A DNA stretch of 35,216 nucleotides from assembly GCA_964342715.1 (NCBI GenBank), contig CAYFGD010000003.1, positions 1-35,216 of the forward strand, read 5' to 3'. Both the position numbers and the translations under genes were made by a program. This DNA is from an uncultured Candidatus Poseidoniales archaeon. Its GTDB lineage: Archaea > Thermoplasmatota > Poseidoniia > Poseidoniales > Thalassarchaeaceae. Below, in pieces: positions 18,401-27,316 of this stretch. Position 1 is the stretch's first letter, and each line of letters opens with the position of its first letter. Below the pieces are notes generated by a model, which was not told where the DNA came from, made no database searches, and saw only the letters and a list, made by a program, of their open reading frames with translations.

Positions 18401-18969
18401 AGAACGACATCGACATTCAAGGCCAGTGGATCGAATGGACATTCAACGGATATGGTTCGAGAACGATAAAAATGACTGCATTGGATGAGGGCGAAGGAGC
18501 TTCGGTTACGCTCACTGTAGTTATCCTTGAAGCTCCCTTCAGCATGAGTGAATTTGTATCCGACTATGGAATAATCCTGGCCTTCGTCCTGATCGTTGTA
18601 GTTGGCGCTGCTGTAGTTCTGCAAAAGAGAGGGAGTGCTGACAGAAGGGCTAGGCCTGACTCGGTGCAAGGAAAGAGGAGAATATCAATGGATGATGCGT
18701 TTGACGATCCTCAATATGATCCCTTCACCAAGGAGGAGGTGTCCCTCGAATCTCCTGCCGATGGAAATGATGGAGGGTCAAAGGAAGTCTATGAAAGCGT
18801 CGAATCCGGAGTTGATAGGTTCTCGGGAGAAGGAGTAGCAGAGGCCTTCGAGGAGCTTACGGGGGAGACAGTCGAGGAGAAAATTGACCAAGAGGGCCCG
18901 GAGGACGTTGCAGTGTCCGTAGAAGAGGCTCTAGACGACGAAGACATCGAAGCACTCTTTGAGGATTAG
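15478..18969 (+). CDS. Large cell-surface protein with CARDB and multiple PKD/Ig-like domains, C-terminal TM anchor and acidic tail
   Basis: Signal peptide, CARDB-like segment (VQNRG...VDPNEEV..NRSNN), repeated PKD motifs (SYDPDG, LVITDDE, VMDDDGA, LQVVDDDG, VTDDDGA), DSDGDGD Ca-binding-like motif, and a TM helix GIILAFVLIVVVGAAVVL. Start moved to ATG 15478. Confidence 0.82.
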   Translation: MRSARMIAIGLAVLLSSQYCILLIDGGQEALEEEEKHFSTSRNTGIVDLPTWRINDRWTYNGELDVRDFIATSGVSTNVDFLEGSLVKNIDDIYVLEGVDNRSTLVYEAASDGTYEAEDIELDGNEGDLVVEIDTTEIVRASDLAIVSQEATIDIDFQYQILWWTINIDVADLVISQTFSPPTEGYDFPLSVGDEWSTDYYQETEYTGSSDYVDIPADESSHESASWEVVSRGAPGVSYATCQQSYNITNYDSNGDPTGYRWFCPAVRGDVYSSFTQSIGFLANHELVMYQAAPRSKQISVELEFPLSPLNMEQSVFANVTQNNQGVSGQSVEFRYGIEEDVGTYATGSDGSAEITFNSGSESDDSIGGPDTGSHGVIVWIPGQKIIGASTITIDPNTYPVDLIARSEGVTVERVRGNQTTTLDPIVGFNAIPGDMLTFSIPVQNRGILGSPATTMSVEAPDGTSESVSVPPLSSLSQSRVEVGWLVPQTQAIGEVSLSFTVDPNEEVYNDGNRSNNHGSFSLFIGRAPTASLSAPSQSLTLDQVSFNGLSSYDPDGGELSCEFIVETLEGGHVSSVEDDCIHEYTWDDDGVFSVRLVITDDENDQGWSESVVTILNREPYVTVNSEYEWTPVLSPIEFNVEDSVGDIDTQNPSAPVDILWKQPCEEGQVGFYCTVTPTSEGEYTAEIEVMDDDGAVVSSTKTIEVRNIAPTNPRSEIWLGDNRMIADSRGVFIVNEGDSLRFEGWADDSENDMDTLVHIWSPDAEKNPDIVMETTGRKSTMEYTYHTSGMHLATLQVVDDDGESTEALIVPIEVMNIEPYISPISPPLPAAEDSLLDILIQVTDTSGDMHTLTRCFDLDPLSNSDGEGTSADDCDLESDHLSRSWPDATTAPEMIIFHVTDDDGATASVEIPLDIRNVKPVPKADSSAFLDVQEGDVLFFTANGTTDSEHDMANMLYNWDMDTTVDSDGDGDPENDIDIQGQWIEWTFNGYGSRTIKMTALDEGEGASVTLTVVILEAPFSMSEFVSDYGIILAFVLIVVVGAAVVLQKRGSADRRARPDSVQGKRRISMDDAFDDPQYDPFTKEEVSLESPADGNDGGSKEVYESVESGVDRFSGEGVAEAFEELTGETVEEKIDQEGPEDVAVSVEEALDDEDIEALFED

Positions 18970-18983
18970 TCATCGGCGCCATC

Positions 18984-19454
18984 ATGGCCAACCTATTCCG
19001 ACTACTGGGATTGCCTGACCCATCGAAGGTTAGTGGAGCGAGTATTTCGAAGAAGGGAGTGACGGTTGACCCTGAGCCACAAGCGGAAGACGTTTTCCAC
19101 TACCTGGATGAGCAGGGGTGGTCTGACAGAACAAGAAGGATGACTCCAGAGGCCCAAAGACAGGTGGTCTACCTAAAGCCCGACACGCTCCATAGGCTCC
19201 ACACGGAGGGGATGTCCGATGTTCTTTCGGGAGGCAATATGATTCTTGTCGACCTAGGCTCCTTAGTACATATGCCCAGTCAAAGAGACGTCTGTAGGAG
19301 GAGGGTGCAAGAGATGGCGACTAGACTAGGACTTCCAGTGTTTGCCATTAATGACGATGACACGCTTCTAATGGTCGCAGGGGCCGGAATGAGGGTGGAT
19401 ACCAAAAGGCACGAATTGGGCATAGGTGGAATGGACCAGCTTACTGAGCCCTAG
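18984..19454 (+). CDS. sepF: Cell division protein SepF (archaeal type)
   Basis: N-terminal amphipathic helix (MANLFRLLGL) and C-terminal SepF-like core (GNMILVDLGSL...RRVQEMA..LG.PVFAI...LLMV..GMRVD). Confidence 0.7.
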   Translation: MANLFRLLGLPDPSKVSGASISKKGVTVDPEPQAEDVFHYLDEQGWSDRTRRMTPEAQRQVVYLKPDTLHRLHTEGMSDVLSGGNMILVDLGSLVHMPSQRDVCRRRVQEMATRLGLPVFAINDDDTLLMVAGAGMRVDTKRHELGIGGMDQLTEP

Positions 19455-19678
19455 GTTTCTGGATCATAAGACACAGGTCCGTCTTCGAGCCATGAGTCCA
19501 AGTCCCCTGATGCAACTTCATCTACGGCATGAGCTGTGAAGTCCCTGTAGGCGACCCATTTGGATATCTCTTCCTCACTATCGCCCCTCTGACGCTTCCT
19601 GCGAATTGACTCGTCAGCATACTTGACGCAACGCCTGAGGAATCGCTCTACAATTTCTCGTCTCGAGTCCTGATTCAT
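19451..19678 (-). CDS. Small hypothetical protein (75 aa, helical, charged)
   Basis: ATG 2 nt after the bcp stop, preceded by a GATGGTG SD-like sequence. Protein-like motif KWVAYRDFTAHAVDEVASGDLDSWL. Confidence 0.7.
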   Translation of the reverse strand: MNQDSRREIVERFLRRCVKYADESIRRKRQRGDSEEEISKWVAYRDFTAHAVDEVASGDLDSWLEDGPVSYDPET

Positions 19679-19680
19679 TC

Positions 19681-20163
19681 TCACACCATCTCTAATTCTT
19701 CGATCAACTTCTCTACGTGCCCCTTGGTTCCGACCTTGTATCCGACCCACTGGAGAATCCCATCAACTCCTATGGCAAATGTTGACCTCAGAGTCCCCAT
19801 GTACGTCTTTCCATACATATTCTTCTCCCTCCATGTCCCATATGCCTGGTGGAGTTCCGCCTCTTCATCGACAATTAGATCAAATGTTAGTTCGTGTTTG
19901 GAGATGAATTTCTCATGAGACTTGGCAGAGTCTGTGGAGACTCCCAAAACAGCCCATTTGTTATTTTCCAACATTCCCATATTGTCTCTGAAATCACAAG
20001 CCTGAACAGTGCAACCAGGTGTATTGTCGCGTGGGTAGAAGTACAATATCAGCCCTCTTCCCGAGGATAGTATTTCAGAGAGAGTTATTGTCGAACCATC
20101 GGTCAAGACGGCCTCGAAGTCTGGGGCTTTGTCTCCGATGGAGAGAGTCACGGGTTCTGCCAT
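19681..20163 (-). CDS. bcp: Thioredoxin-dependent peroxiredoxin Bcp/PrxQ
   Basis: GDKAPDF, LYFYPRDNTPGCTVQACDFRD, GVSTD, RSTF. Confidence 0.95.
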   Translation of the reverse strand: MAEPVTLSIGDKAPDFEAVLTDGSTITLSEILSSGRGLILYFYPRDNTPGCTVQACDFRDNMGMLENNKWAVLGVSTDSAKSHEKFISKHELTFDLIVDEEAELHQAYGTWREKNMYGKTYMGTLRSTFAIGVDGILQWVGYKVGTKGHVEKLIEELEMV

Positions 20164-20194
20164 GTACGCCGGAGAGGGGGCACAATGATGACCT

Positions 20195-20767
20195 TTACTT
20201 CTGGATAATGGAAGAGAGCGTGACGGCCGCGGGCCTAATCGGTGGTTCGCTGAATCCGAAACATGCCGAGTCTAGTCGCCTGGACATAATCCCCAAGTCT
20301 TTTCCTGAAACCTTTGCGCTTGCGCTCTTGAGCCACGAGATTCCCCTTACTGAGTACCATTCCTCATTCCCATTGTTGGCCATTCCATGGGTCTTCGTTC
20401 CGAACAAAATCCTTGCAAAGAAGTTCTCTACAGATGAAATAAACCAGAGTGGGCGAGGAATTGGGATTGGGATCGTGTATCCCCAGTGCATTGTGACGCT
20501 CAAGTCATCGGCCTGGACTGATATCGATTTACCGGAAATCTTGACGTCGATGGGGGTGATCCTGATCTCCTCAAATGTGTAGAGTGATGATACATATTCA
20601 GAATGTTTCTCGGAGGGAGAGAGGAGTGTCCTTTTACCGCTGGGATCAGCCCACATTACATTTGTGAATTTACCTAATGGGCTCTCTTCCCAGTTTCCGA
20701 TAACGATCCTGTCCCCCCTCCCAAAGGACGAAGAAAAAATCATTCCCCTGAATGTGTCCTTCACCAT
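20195..20767 (-). CDS. Hypothetical protein (190 aa)
   Basis: ATG overlaps the nth stop (ATGGTGA). Globular-looking sequence GDRIVIGNWEESPLG.F.NVMWA; no function recognised. Confidence 0.7.
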   Translation of the reverse strand: MVKDTFRGMIFSSSFGRGDRIVIGNWEESPLGKFTNVMWADPSGKRTLLSPSEKHSEYVSSLYTFEEIRITPIDVKISGKSISVQADDLSVTMHWGYTIPIPIPRPLWFISSVENFFARILFGTKTHGMANNGNEEWYSVRGISWLKSASAKVSGKDLGIMSRRLDSACFGFSEPPIRPAAVTLSSIIQK

Positions 20768-21411
20768 CTCTTCTTCTCCTCTGCCATCCTCTTCTTTGTT
20801 GAAGCCCATGAGCAGATAGGGCACCCTTCCAAATCGTGCCTTCTTGCCGGGCAATGCTCTCTTCCGAAGTAAATTATCTGCAAGTGTCTGCGATTCCACG
20901 TCTCCTCCGGAAAGACTCTTTTCAGGTCCCTTTCTGTTTTTTCCACACTCCTCCCATCCGAGAGTCCCCATCTGGATGCTAGGCGATGAATGTGCGTATC
21001 AACTGGGAATGCGGGTATTCCAAACGCCTGAGACATTACAACGCTGGCGGTTTTGTGACCTACACCAGCCAGAGATTCAAGGAACTCCCAGTCTGGAGTG
21101 ATTTCCCCTCCTGCGAGGACAATCTGTTGGGCCATTCTTCTCAAGTTTCGGGCCTTTGTGGGAGCGAGTCCGATCTGTCGGATGTGATGTTGTATTTCAT
21201 TGACTTCTAGTTTCATCATTTCATGGGGCGTACTTGCAGCTGAGAAGAGCTGGGGAGTCACCTCGTTCACCTTCTTATCGGTGGTCTGAGCGGATAGCAT
21301 TACCGCAACGAGGAGCGTGTAGGGGTCGTGATGGTCCAGTGGTATCGGAGTTTCCGGATACATCTCATCCAGTAGTTCACCGATGATTTTGGCCTTCTCG
21401 GACCTTTTCAT
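20761..21411 (-). CDS. nth: Endonuclease III
   Basis: LLVAVMLSAQTTDKKVN, HhH motif LAGVGHKTA, PVDTHIHR, C-terminal Cys cluster. The start at 21411 overlaps the upstream stop (TGATG). Confidence 0.95.
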   Translation of the reverse strand: MKRSEKAKIIGELLDEMYPETPIPLDHHDPYTLLVAVMLSAQTTDKKVNEVTPQLFSAASTPHEMMKLEVNEIQHHIRQIGLAPTKARNLRRMAQQIVLAGGEITPDWEFLESLAGVGHKTASVVMSQAFGIPAFPVDTHIHRLASRWGLSDGRSVEKTERDLKRVFPEETWNRRHLQIIYFGREHCPARRHDLEGCPICSWASTKKRMAEEKKRW

Positions 21412-21617
21412 CACTCGACCTCCGGATCGCCTCTCATCCCAAGGATGAATGCGGCGCCAATGAAAAGCATCGGAACGCCATAGCATGGCAAGAACATGAA
21501 ATCGGAAGAGTCTGTGGAGTTAGTATTGCCTCCCAAGAGGATGTAAGCCAACAAACCTAGGAATAGGCCTGGAAGAAGCGCAATAGCGGCTAGTACGAGT
21601 CCGCGCATCAACCCCAT
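21411..21617 (-). CDS. Small two-TM membrane protein
   Basis: Two hydrophobic helices; stop codon overlaps the nth start, suggesting translational coupling. Confidence 0.65.
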   Translation of the reverse strand: MGLMRGLVLAAIALLPGLFLGLLAYILLGGNTNSTDSSDFMFLPCYGVPMLFIGAAFILGMRGDPEVE

Positions 21618-21723
21618 GATGCTCGCTGATTGAACTACAAGATGAAGGTTCGTTAGCCTCCGTCAGTTGGGAAATGAGGAAAATCAACCCAATCCTCTCA
21701 AGTAAACACCCCTTGGACCGTGC

Positions 21724-22062
21724 ATGGCCATAGAAATCGTCGATTTCCTTGAGGGTTTGTCAGTAAGCTTCTGCGGGGTGGCCATCCTCCTTTGGATGTC
21801 AATTGGAACATTCGCAAGAACGGAGAAAGGAGAAGTCCTGGCACAGCGCACAATTGCTTCTCTTTGCGTAATCTCGGCGGTGATGCTAATCATTCTAAAT
21901 TCCATGGGGGGCGAACTCTGGGGTTCGAGTTCGATGGCCTTGCCCATGGCAATGGTAGCAGTCATAGTTGCGATTGCGGCGACCCTCAATCTGAAGGGAA
22001 AGGATGTGCAGGGCGAGGCTAATCCGCACAACATTAGGAAGATGCGTCGCGAAGAGAAGTGA
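21724..22062 (+). CDS. Small three-TM membrane protein
   Basis: Three hydrophobic helices and a basic C-tail (QGEANPHNIRKMRREEK). Fills the gap between flanking genes. Confidence 0.7.
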   Translation: MAIEIVDFLEGLSVSFCGVAILLWMSIGTFARTEKGEVLAQRTIASLCVISAVMLIILNSMGGELWGSSSMALPMAMVAVIVAIAATLNLKGKDVQGEANPHNIRKMRREEK

Positions 22063-22347
22063 CTACTGGGAGTCCTCTCCGCCGATCTTGTCATCAATGA
22101 ATGCCCTCATGTACGCAGGTAGTTCGCCGTTGACGAACAGAACATCATTTACTTCTTCTAATTTCATCAGCGAGTAGTAAATTTGCATAGCAGTCATGGG
22201 AGTTGCACTGCATCCGGTACAACCCCCCTCAAGAGAGATGGAAATTATTCCGTCAGATGTATCAATCACATTGACGACACCGTCATGGGCGTCCAAGACT
22301 GCTTGCACGGGGCCAACTGAGTCTAGAATCATCTGCTTGTCCACCAT
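22063..22347 (-). CDS. NifU/Nfu C-terminal-domain Fe-S carrier protein
   Basis: V..VLDAHDG.VNVI...GIISISLEGGCTGC (Nfu CxxC motif). Start moved to ATG 22347. Confidence 0.85.
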   Translation of the reverse strand: MVDKQMILDSVGPVQAVLDAHDGVVNVIDTSDGIISISLEGGCTGCSATPMTAMQIYYSLMKLEEVNDVLFVNGELPAYMRAFIDDKIGGEDSQ

Positions 22348-22410
22348 GAAGCCGCCCTCGTGCCCCTGTACAAGCGGGGGGCTTTCAAACAATCGCCCCT
22401 TCCGAGTGGC

Positions 22411-23313
22411 ATGGGCGGCACATTGAGGGTCCTCATCATTGACCTCCTTGTGGAAAGATCCGAATTCGGACATGGGGGGAATCAGGAGGTCATTATCCCC
22501 ATGGCAAAAGAGGATGATATCGAAGTCCTGCTGGTCACTCCACAGATGCAGTCTATCGAATCGGGGGAGAGATCAGCTAGAGAGGGAATTGTTCATCTTT
22601 CGGAGGGAGACGTGCCAAACTGGGACCACGACTACGAATTCTGGGGGAGTTGTGAAGTCGAAATGAATGGGAACTTGGCTAAATTCATGAGAATTGCACT
22701 TCCGAGCAATTTGGAAGATAGTGAAATGAGGGACTGGCTCGAGTTGATCGACGTAGATGCGGTGGTTTGCTCGGGATCCCGAAGAAATGTGACCATGTGG
22801 GAGGAGTGGATGAATAGTGCCGCTTCCCTGATGAGGGTTGCATCCACTTCTGGAATGCCGACACTCGGAATTTGTTTTGGGCATCAACTACTGTGCAAAT
22901 CCCTTGGTTCCGAGGTTACCAGAGCAGAAAAGATGTCTAGCGGAGTTTGGGACTTGTCGCTAAATGAGTCCGGAATGGAAGATGAGTTGTTTGAACTCAG
23001 GTCGGAGAGAGAAGGTGGACCTGTGGTCCTTTACTCCCACCAGGACCATGTCATTACAGTCCCAGAGTGCTGTGAATTACTTGGATCAGCTGAACACAAC
23101 TTAGTTACTGCGGTGAGAGTAATTGGGCCAGAGGGGGAAAAAATGCCTGCATGGGGCCTGCAATTTCATCCAGAGGCCGCGAAGCACAGGATAGAGAGGT
23201 CATTTGGATGGGGGCATATCACCGAGGAAGAAATGAGGAGCTTTCAGAGAGAACACGATGGTGCCGGAGTTCTCCAAGCCTTCGCCAATGTGGTTTTGAG
23301 CCATCGGAGATAG
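22411..23313 (+). CDS. Stand-alone class I glutamine amidotransferase (GMP-synthase-like domain)
   Basis: VVCSGS, LGICFGHQLL, HQDHV, GLQFHPE. Start moved to ATG 22411. Confidence 0.88.
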   Translation: MGGTLRVLIIDLLVERSEFGHGGNQEVIIPMAKEDDIEVLLVTPQMQSIESGERSAREGIVHLSEGDVPNWDHDYEFWGSCEVEMNGNLAKFMRIALPSNLEDSEMRDWLELIDVDAVVCSGSRRNVTMWEEWMNSAASLMRVASTSGMPTLGICFGHQLLCKSLGSEVTRAEKMSSGVWDLSLNESGMEDELFELRSEREGGPVVLYSHQDHVITVPECCELLGSAEHNLVTAVRVIGPEGEKMPAWGLQFHPEAAKHRIERSFGWGHITEEEMRSFQREHDGAGVLQAFANVVLSHRR

Positions 23314-23346
23314 GTCGCCCCTCCGGGGCGGATTCTATGACTTGAA

Positions 23347-23357
23347 TTATAAGTGGG
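23347..23357 (+). promoter_or_regulatory. Probable TATA box of hppA
   Basis: TTATAA at 23347-23352, about 40 nt upstream of the ATG, with a GGTTGA SD-like element before the start. Confidence 0.5.
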
Positions 23358-23390
23358 ACTTTTGTCCGCGGGCCGAAACAGGTTGATATT

Positions 23391-25442
23391 ATGGACGGAG
23401 AACAACTAGGAATGTATGGAATGATGGCAGGGGTTTTCGGCCTTGTCGTCGCATTCATGCTCTATAGAAAGGTAGACTCGATTGAGATTGAGAACAAGAC
23501 TGTGGCAAAAATCACTGAGCGCATCCAGGACGGGGCTATGGCCTTCATGATGGCTGAATACAGGATGTTGTCCGTATTCATTGCCGTCGTTGCAGCTCTG
23601 CTGTTTGTTGGCGGGAACTACAATGACGACCTAGGCATGGAGACCACGATTGCTTTCGTCATTGGTGCGCTCTGCAGTGGTGCTGCGGGATTTAGCGGCA
23701 TGCGCTCAGCAACTAGCGCGAACGGGAGGACTGCACAGGCTGCAGCTAGCGGAGGCCAGGCGGATGCACTTACCACATCATACAACGGGGGGGCAGTAAT
23801 GGGCCTTGCAGTCGGAGGGTTGGGGCTCTTCGGAATATCAATGATGTACTACTTTACAGAAACTGAATTCCTCTCTGTAAGCAACATAGCAGGATTCGGG
23901 ATGGGTGCATCTTCCATCGCGCTCTTCGCCCGTGTTGGTGGTGGAATATACACCAAGGCTGCTGATGTTGGGGCAGATCTTGTGGGCAAGGTCGAAGCAG
24001 GCATTCCAGAGGACGATCCTCGAAATCCAGGCGTCATCGCTGACAACGTCGGTGACAACGTCGGTGACGTGGCTGGAATGGGGGCCGACATCTTCGAGTC
24101 CTTTGTCGGCTCAATAATCGCAGCAATGGTGATTGCTGCAGCTAGCAGTGAGTTGGGGGATGAGTACCTGAAGATTCCAATCGCTCTTGCCATAATTGGA
24201 TACCTAGCGTCTATTATCGGAGTCTTCTCGATTTCAGCAATGAAAAACATGGATGCTGGTGCGGCTCTCAGGAACACCACCTTCATCGGCGCGGGCCTGT
24301 TCATCGGGGGAGGCTATCTCGCCCTGGGGGAGCTAGGCCTCGATCAGACGGTGGTTTGGGCGGTTGCTATTGGAAGCATGGTAGGAATACTGATCGGACT
24401 TGTTACCGAATATTACACGGGAATAGAGCCTGTATTTGGTTTCCAAGTAAAGGCGATTCCCTACATTGGGGAGGCTTCCAAGACCGGTAGTGCAACTAAT
24501 GCCATAGCAGGCCTTGCTGTTGGTATGGAGTCTGTACTGGTTCCCGTAATTCTAATGGCAGCCGGAATTTATGGTGCGAATGACGTGATGGGCGGCGGAG
24601 ATGCCGGACTTTACGGAATCGCAATGGCAGCAATGGGAATGCTGGGAACCGTTGGAGTTACCATGACTGTTGATGCCTACGGGCCCGTGGCTGACAACGC
24701 TGGAGGCATAGCTGAGATGTCCGGTCTCGGGAAAGATGTGCGTGACATCACCGATGGGCTCGACTCCATTGGAAACACAACTGCCGCCATCGGGAAGGGT
24801 TTCGCAATAGGTAGTGCCGCTCTTACAGCTCTGGCCCTATTCGCTGCCTACAAGACGAGTGCAGGTTTGGATGCAGCATCGCTTTCGCTTACCAATCCAG
24901 AGGTGGTCATAGGTCTACTAATTGGAGGGGCCCTTCCTTTCGTGGTAGCGGCCATGACAATGAAGTCCGTTGGACGAGCTGCTGAAGACATGATTACTGA
25001 GATTCGCAGACAATTCAGGGAGATTGATGGGCTCCTTGAGGGTCGAGAAGGAGTCGAGCCGGACAGCGCCACATGCGTTGACATATCGACTCAGGCCGCT
25101 CTTAGGGAGATGGTGATGCCAGGACTTGTGGCAATCTCTAGCCCCGTGATCATTGGCAAGGCCCTCGGTCCTGCTGCCCTGGGTGGGACCCTAGCTGGAG
25201 CTACTGCAGCGGGTGTTCTCATGGCTCTATTCATGGCTAATGCGGGAGGAGCCTGGGACAACGCGAAGAAGGCCATCGAGCAAGGTGAGATATCGGGTGC
25301 TGAGAAGGGCGATGAAGCGCATTCTGCAGCAGTTGTAGGCGATACCATAGGGGATCCTTTCAAGGATACGAGCGGGCCATCCCTGAACATCCTGATCAAG
25401 TTGATGTCAATAGTCTCAGTTGTTATCGCTGGATTACTCTGA
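23391..25442 (+). CDS. hppA: Membrane-bound K+-dependent, probably Na+-translocating pyrophosphatase
   Basis: [69 protein letters not shown], about 16 TM helices. Confidence 0.97.
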   Translation: MDGEQLGMYGMMAGVFGLVVAFMLYRKVDSIEIENKTVAKITERIQDGAMAFMMAEYRMLSVFIAVVAALLFVGGNYNDDLGMETTIAFVIGALCSGAAGFSGMRSATSANGRTAQAAASGGQADALTTSYNGGAVMGLAVGGLGLFGISMMYYFTETEFLSVSNIAGFGMGASSIALFARVGGGIYTKAADVGADLVGKVEAGIPEDDPRNPGVIADNVGDNVGDVAGMGADIFESFVGSIIAAMVIAAASSELGDEYLKIPIALAIIGYLASIIGVFSISAMKNMDAGAALRNTTFIGAGLFIGGGYLALGELGLDQTVVWAVAIGSMVGILIGLVTEYYTGIEPVFGFQVKAIPYIGEASKTGSATNAIAGLAVGMESVLVPVILMAAGIYGANDVMGGGDAGLYGIAMAAMGMLGTVGVTMTVDAYGPVADNAGGIAEMSGLGKDVRDITDGLDSIGNTTAAIGKGFAIGSAALTALALFAAYKTSAGLDAASLSLTNPEVVIGLLIGGALPFVVAAMTMKSVGRAAEDMITEIRRQFREIDGLLEGREGVEPDSATCVDISTQAALREMVMPGLVAISSPVIIGKALGPAALGGTLAGATAAGVLMALFMANAGGAWDNAKKAIEQGEISGAEKGDEAHSAAVVGDTIGDPFKDTSGPSLNILIKLMSIVSVVIAGLL

Positions 25443-25481
25443 TAGTCGAAGCGTCAGTCTCTTGACTGCGGCCCCCCTCGC

Positions 25482-26450
25482 ATGTCCATGAGGGGCGGGT
25501 CAGCAATTGGCATGGCCTCATTGATGGCGATGTGCATTCTCTCCGGTTGCATCGAGACAGGAGATTCTGGACAATCGGAAGAATCTGCGGATGTCGACAT
25601 GGCGCTCCCAGAATGGGAAGTTGGAAATAATTGGCTATACACATTTATCACGCCTCAATTCGGAGAAGACAGCGCAAGGCTAGTTGTTGCAGAAATTGAT
25701 AACGAATCCGGGGATTACCAAGTCGGAATCTCTTCTGAGAGAGAGGCTCAAAGACACGCGGTAATCAACCATAATCCATTTCTGGGACGAATGACAATTG
25801 ATGGCTTGTCTGTATACGAAAATGGAGTACCTCAGAAAGTATTCTCATTCCCATGGGTCATCGGCGATGAGTGGTCATTCACCCTATTCGGTCAAGAATG
25901 GAGTGCTACTACTGTTTCTATTAACAATGGAAATGCCAGAGTGAGTGCGGGATCTTCAGAAGGCCATGAATTGCAATATACATTCAGCGGAAGTGATGGT
26001 TTCCTAGAAAGGCTAGTTTGGGAGGACTCGGAGGGGCGGAACCAATTACGAATGGAATTGAATGTCGCCAGATCGAACTACCAAGGAGACGTGTTTTTCT
26101 ACAGGGCTAGGGACCTAATTGATCGACTGTATGAGGAGAATGACCAGGAGATATATGACTCATTTTTCGACGATGGGCACCCATCAGATGGAGATTGGGA
26201 TACCTTGGTTTGGTATCTTGATGTGGAAATTGCATCCAATGGGGCCTCGTCTGGTTCACTAACGATGAAGGATCATGCTGGAGCTTCCCCCCTTACTCGC
26301 GCATGGGGATCTGGGGCGACTGAAAAGGGGGCGATAGGCACCATACCTTCCAACTCTGGAGAGTACTCTCTTACAGTGACGGTCCGTGGCCAATCATCAT
26401 TCGTCCACCTCAAGGTTGCTGGGGCATTGGTTTTCCAATGGAATCTGTGA
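25482..26450 (+). CDS. Putative lipoprotein of unknown function
   Basis: Signal peptide with lipobox LSGC; acidic, beta-rich body with LPEWEVGNNWLY and FPWVIGDEW motifs. Confidence 0.7.
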   Translation: MSMRGGSAIGMASLMAMCILSGCIETGDSGQSEESADVDMALPEWEVGNNWLYTFITPQFGEDSARLVVAEIDNESGDYQVGISSEREAQRHAVINHNPFLGRMTIDGLSVYENGVPQKVFSFPWVIGDEWSFTLFGQEWSATTVSINNGNARVSAGSSEGHELQYTFSGSDGFLERLVWEDSEGRNQLRMELNVARSNYQGDVFFYRARDLIDRLYEENDQEIYDSFFDDGHPSDGDWDTLVWYLDVEIASNGASSGSLTMKDHAGASPLTRAWGSGATEKGAIGTIPSNSGEYSLTVTVRGQSSFVHLKVAGALVFQWNL

Positions 26451-26459
26451 GGTGACAGT

Positions 26460-27059
26460 ATGAGTCATGGGACTCTGGTAATGATGCATGGCATGACTGG
26501 AACCGCTGAAATGATGAAGCCGCTTGCAGAAAGCCTAGTTCCTAAGGGGTGGTCAGTAATGTGCCCCCAGGCGACAATAAAGCACCCTGCTAGTGGAGGT
26601 TTTGCATGGTGGCTGAGGGCCGATGACCCAGCCCTTCCCCTTGACGAGGTTTCCCAGGCTCAAGTTGATGAGTCGCTAATGCACGTTCGGGAGTCGCTCC
26701 CAGATGAGCCGGTGATAGTTGGAGGGTTTTCCCAGGGAGGGGCTATCGCATCGGCCCTAATGGGGACTGATTCAAGTGACAATATCGTTGGATTGGTCCT
26801 TATTGGAACCAAGACTGTTCGTGACGAATCACTCAGGGGCTCTCTTCCTTTCCTAAGGCCTCGTCCCATAGTGTGGATGCACGGGACCGGTGACCACCTT
26901 GTTCCGATCGAGCTAGCCAGAGAGCATGCTGACATCTTCGAGGATGCAGGATGGCCAATTACTAGGCTGGAGCATGAGAAGGGGCACATGGTGAATCTGA
27001 ATCAGTTAGATGAACTGAGGAATGCCATTCAAGATATGGCAGAAAACGCTCATAGATAG
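26460..27059 (+). CDS. Alpha/beta hydrolase, phospholipase/carboxylesterase family
   Basis: MMHG, GFAWW, nucleophile elbow GFSQG, HGTGDHLVP, KGH. Confidence 0.9.
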   Translation: MSHGTLVMMHGMTGTAEMMKPLAESLVPKGWSVMCPQATIKHPASGGFAWWLRADDPALPLDEVSQAQVDESLMHVRESLPDEPVIVGGFSQGGAIASALMGTDSSDNIVGLVLIGTKTVRDESLRGSLPFLRPRPIVWMHGTGDHLVPIELAREHADIFEDAGWPITRLEHEKGHMVNLNQLDELRNAIQDMAENAHR

Positions 27060-27316
27060 TCCATCAGGTGGTCGGACCCGCCTACAAAGATTGGGTCTTC
27101 ACCTCTAGTGTCGAAAACAACTGGTACGGTACGATGCCCTGTCTCCATGACGAGTTCCCTCCTCATTCCCTCGTAATGGTCAAGATTGACCTCGACATAG
27201 GTTAGGCCGTTGGCTTCCAATGTCCTGGATGCCCTGACGCAGTACGGACATATCGTCTGGCTGAAGAAAACGAAGTCCGTATCGGCGGACGTTAGATGAT
27301 CAAGAAACGACGCCAT
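27050..27316 (-). CDS. Glutaredoxin
   Basis: CPYC active site, TVP and GGSD glutaredoxin motifs. The ATG at 27316 lies within the last codons of the upstream S8-MFS gene. Confidence 0.9.
   Translation of the reverse strand: MASFLDHLTSADTDFVFFSQTICPYCVRASRTLEANGLTYVEVNLDHYEGMRRELVMETGHRTVPVVFDTRGEDPIFVGGSDHLMDYL

Noticed and set aside
20019-20582. 187-aa plus-strand ORF, and the many other short ORFs in the track (e.g. 11447-11878, 14474-14917, 21684-22097, 23849-24304, 34623-35060)
   Set aside because: Antisense or off-frame shadows of well-supported genes, with no recognisable motifs.
24040-24070. Tandem repeat GACAACGTCGGT in hppA
   Set aside because: Encodes the conserved DNVGDNVGD motif of membrane pyrophosphatases; not an independent repeat element.
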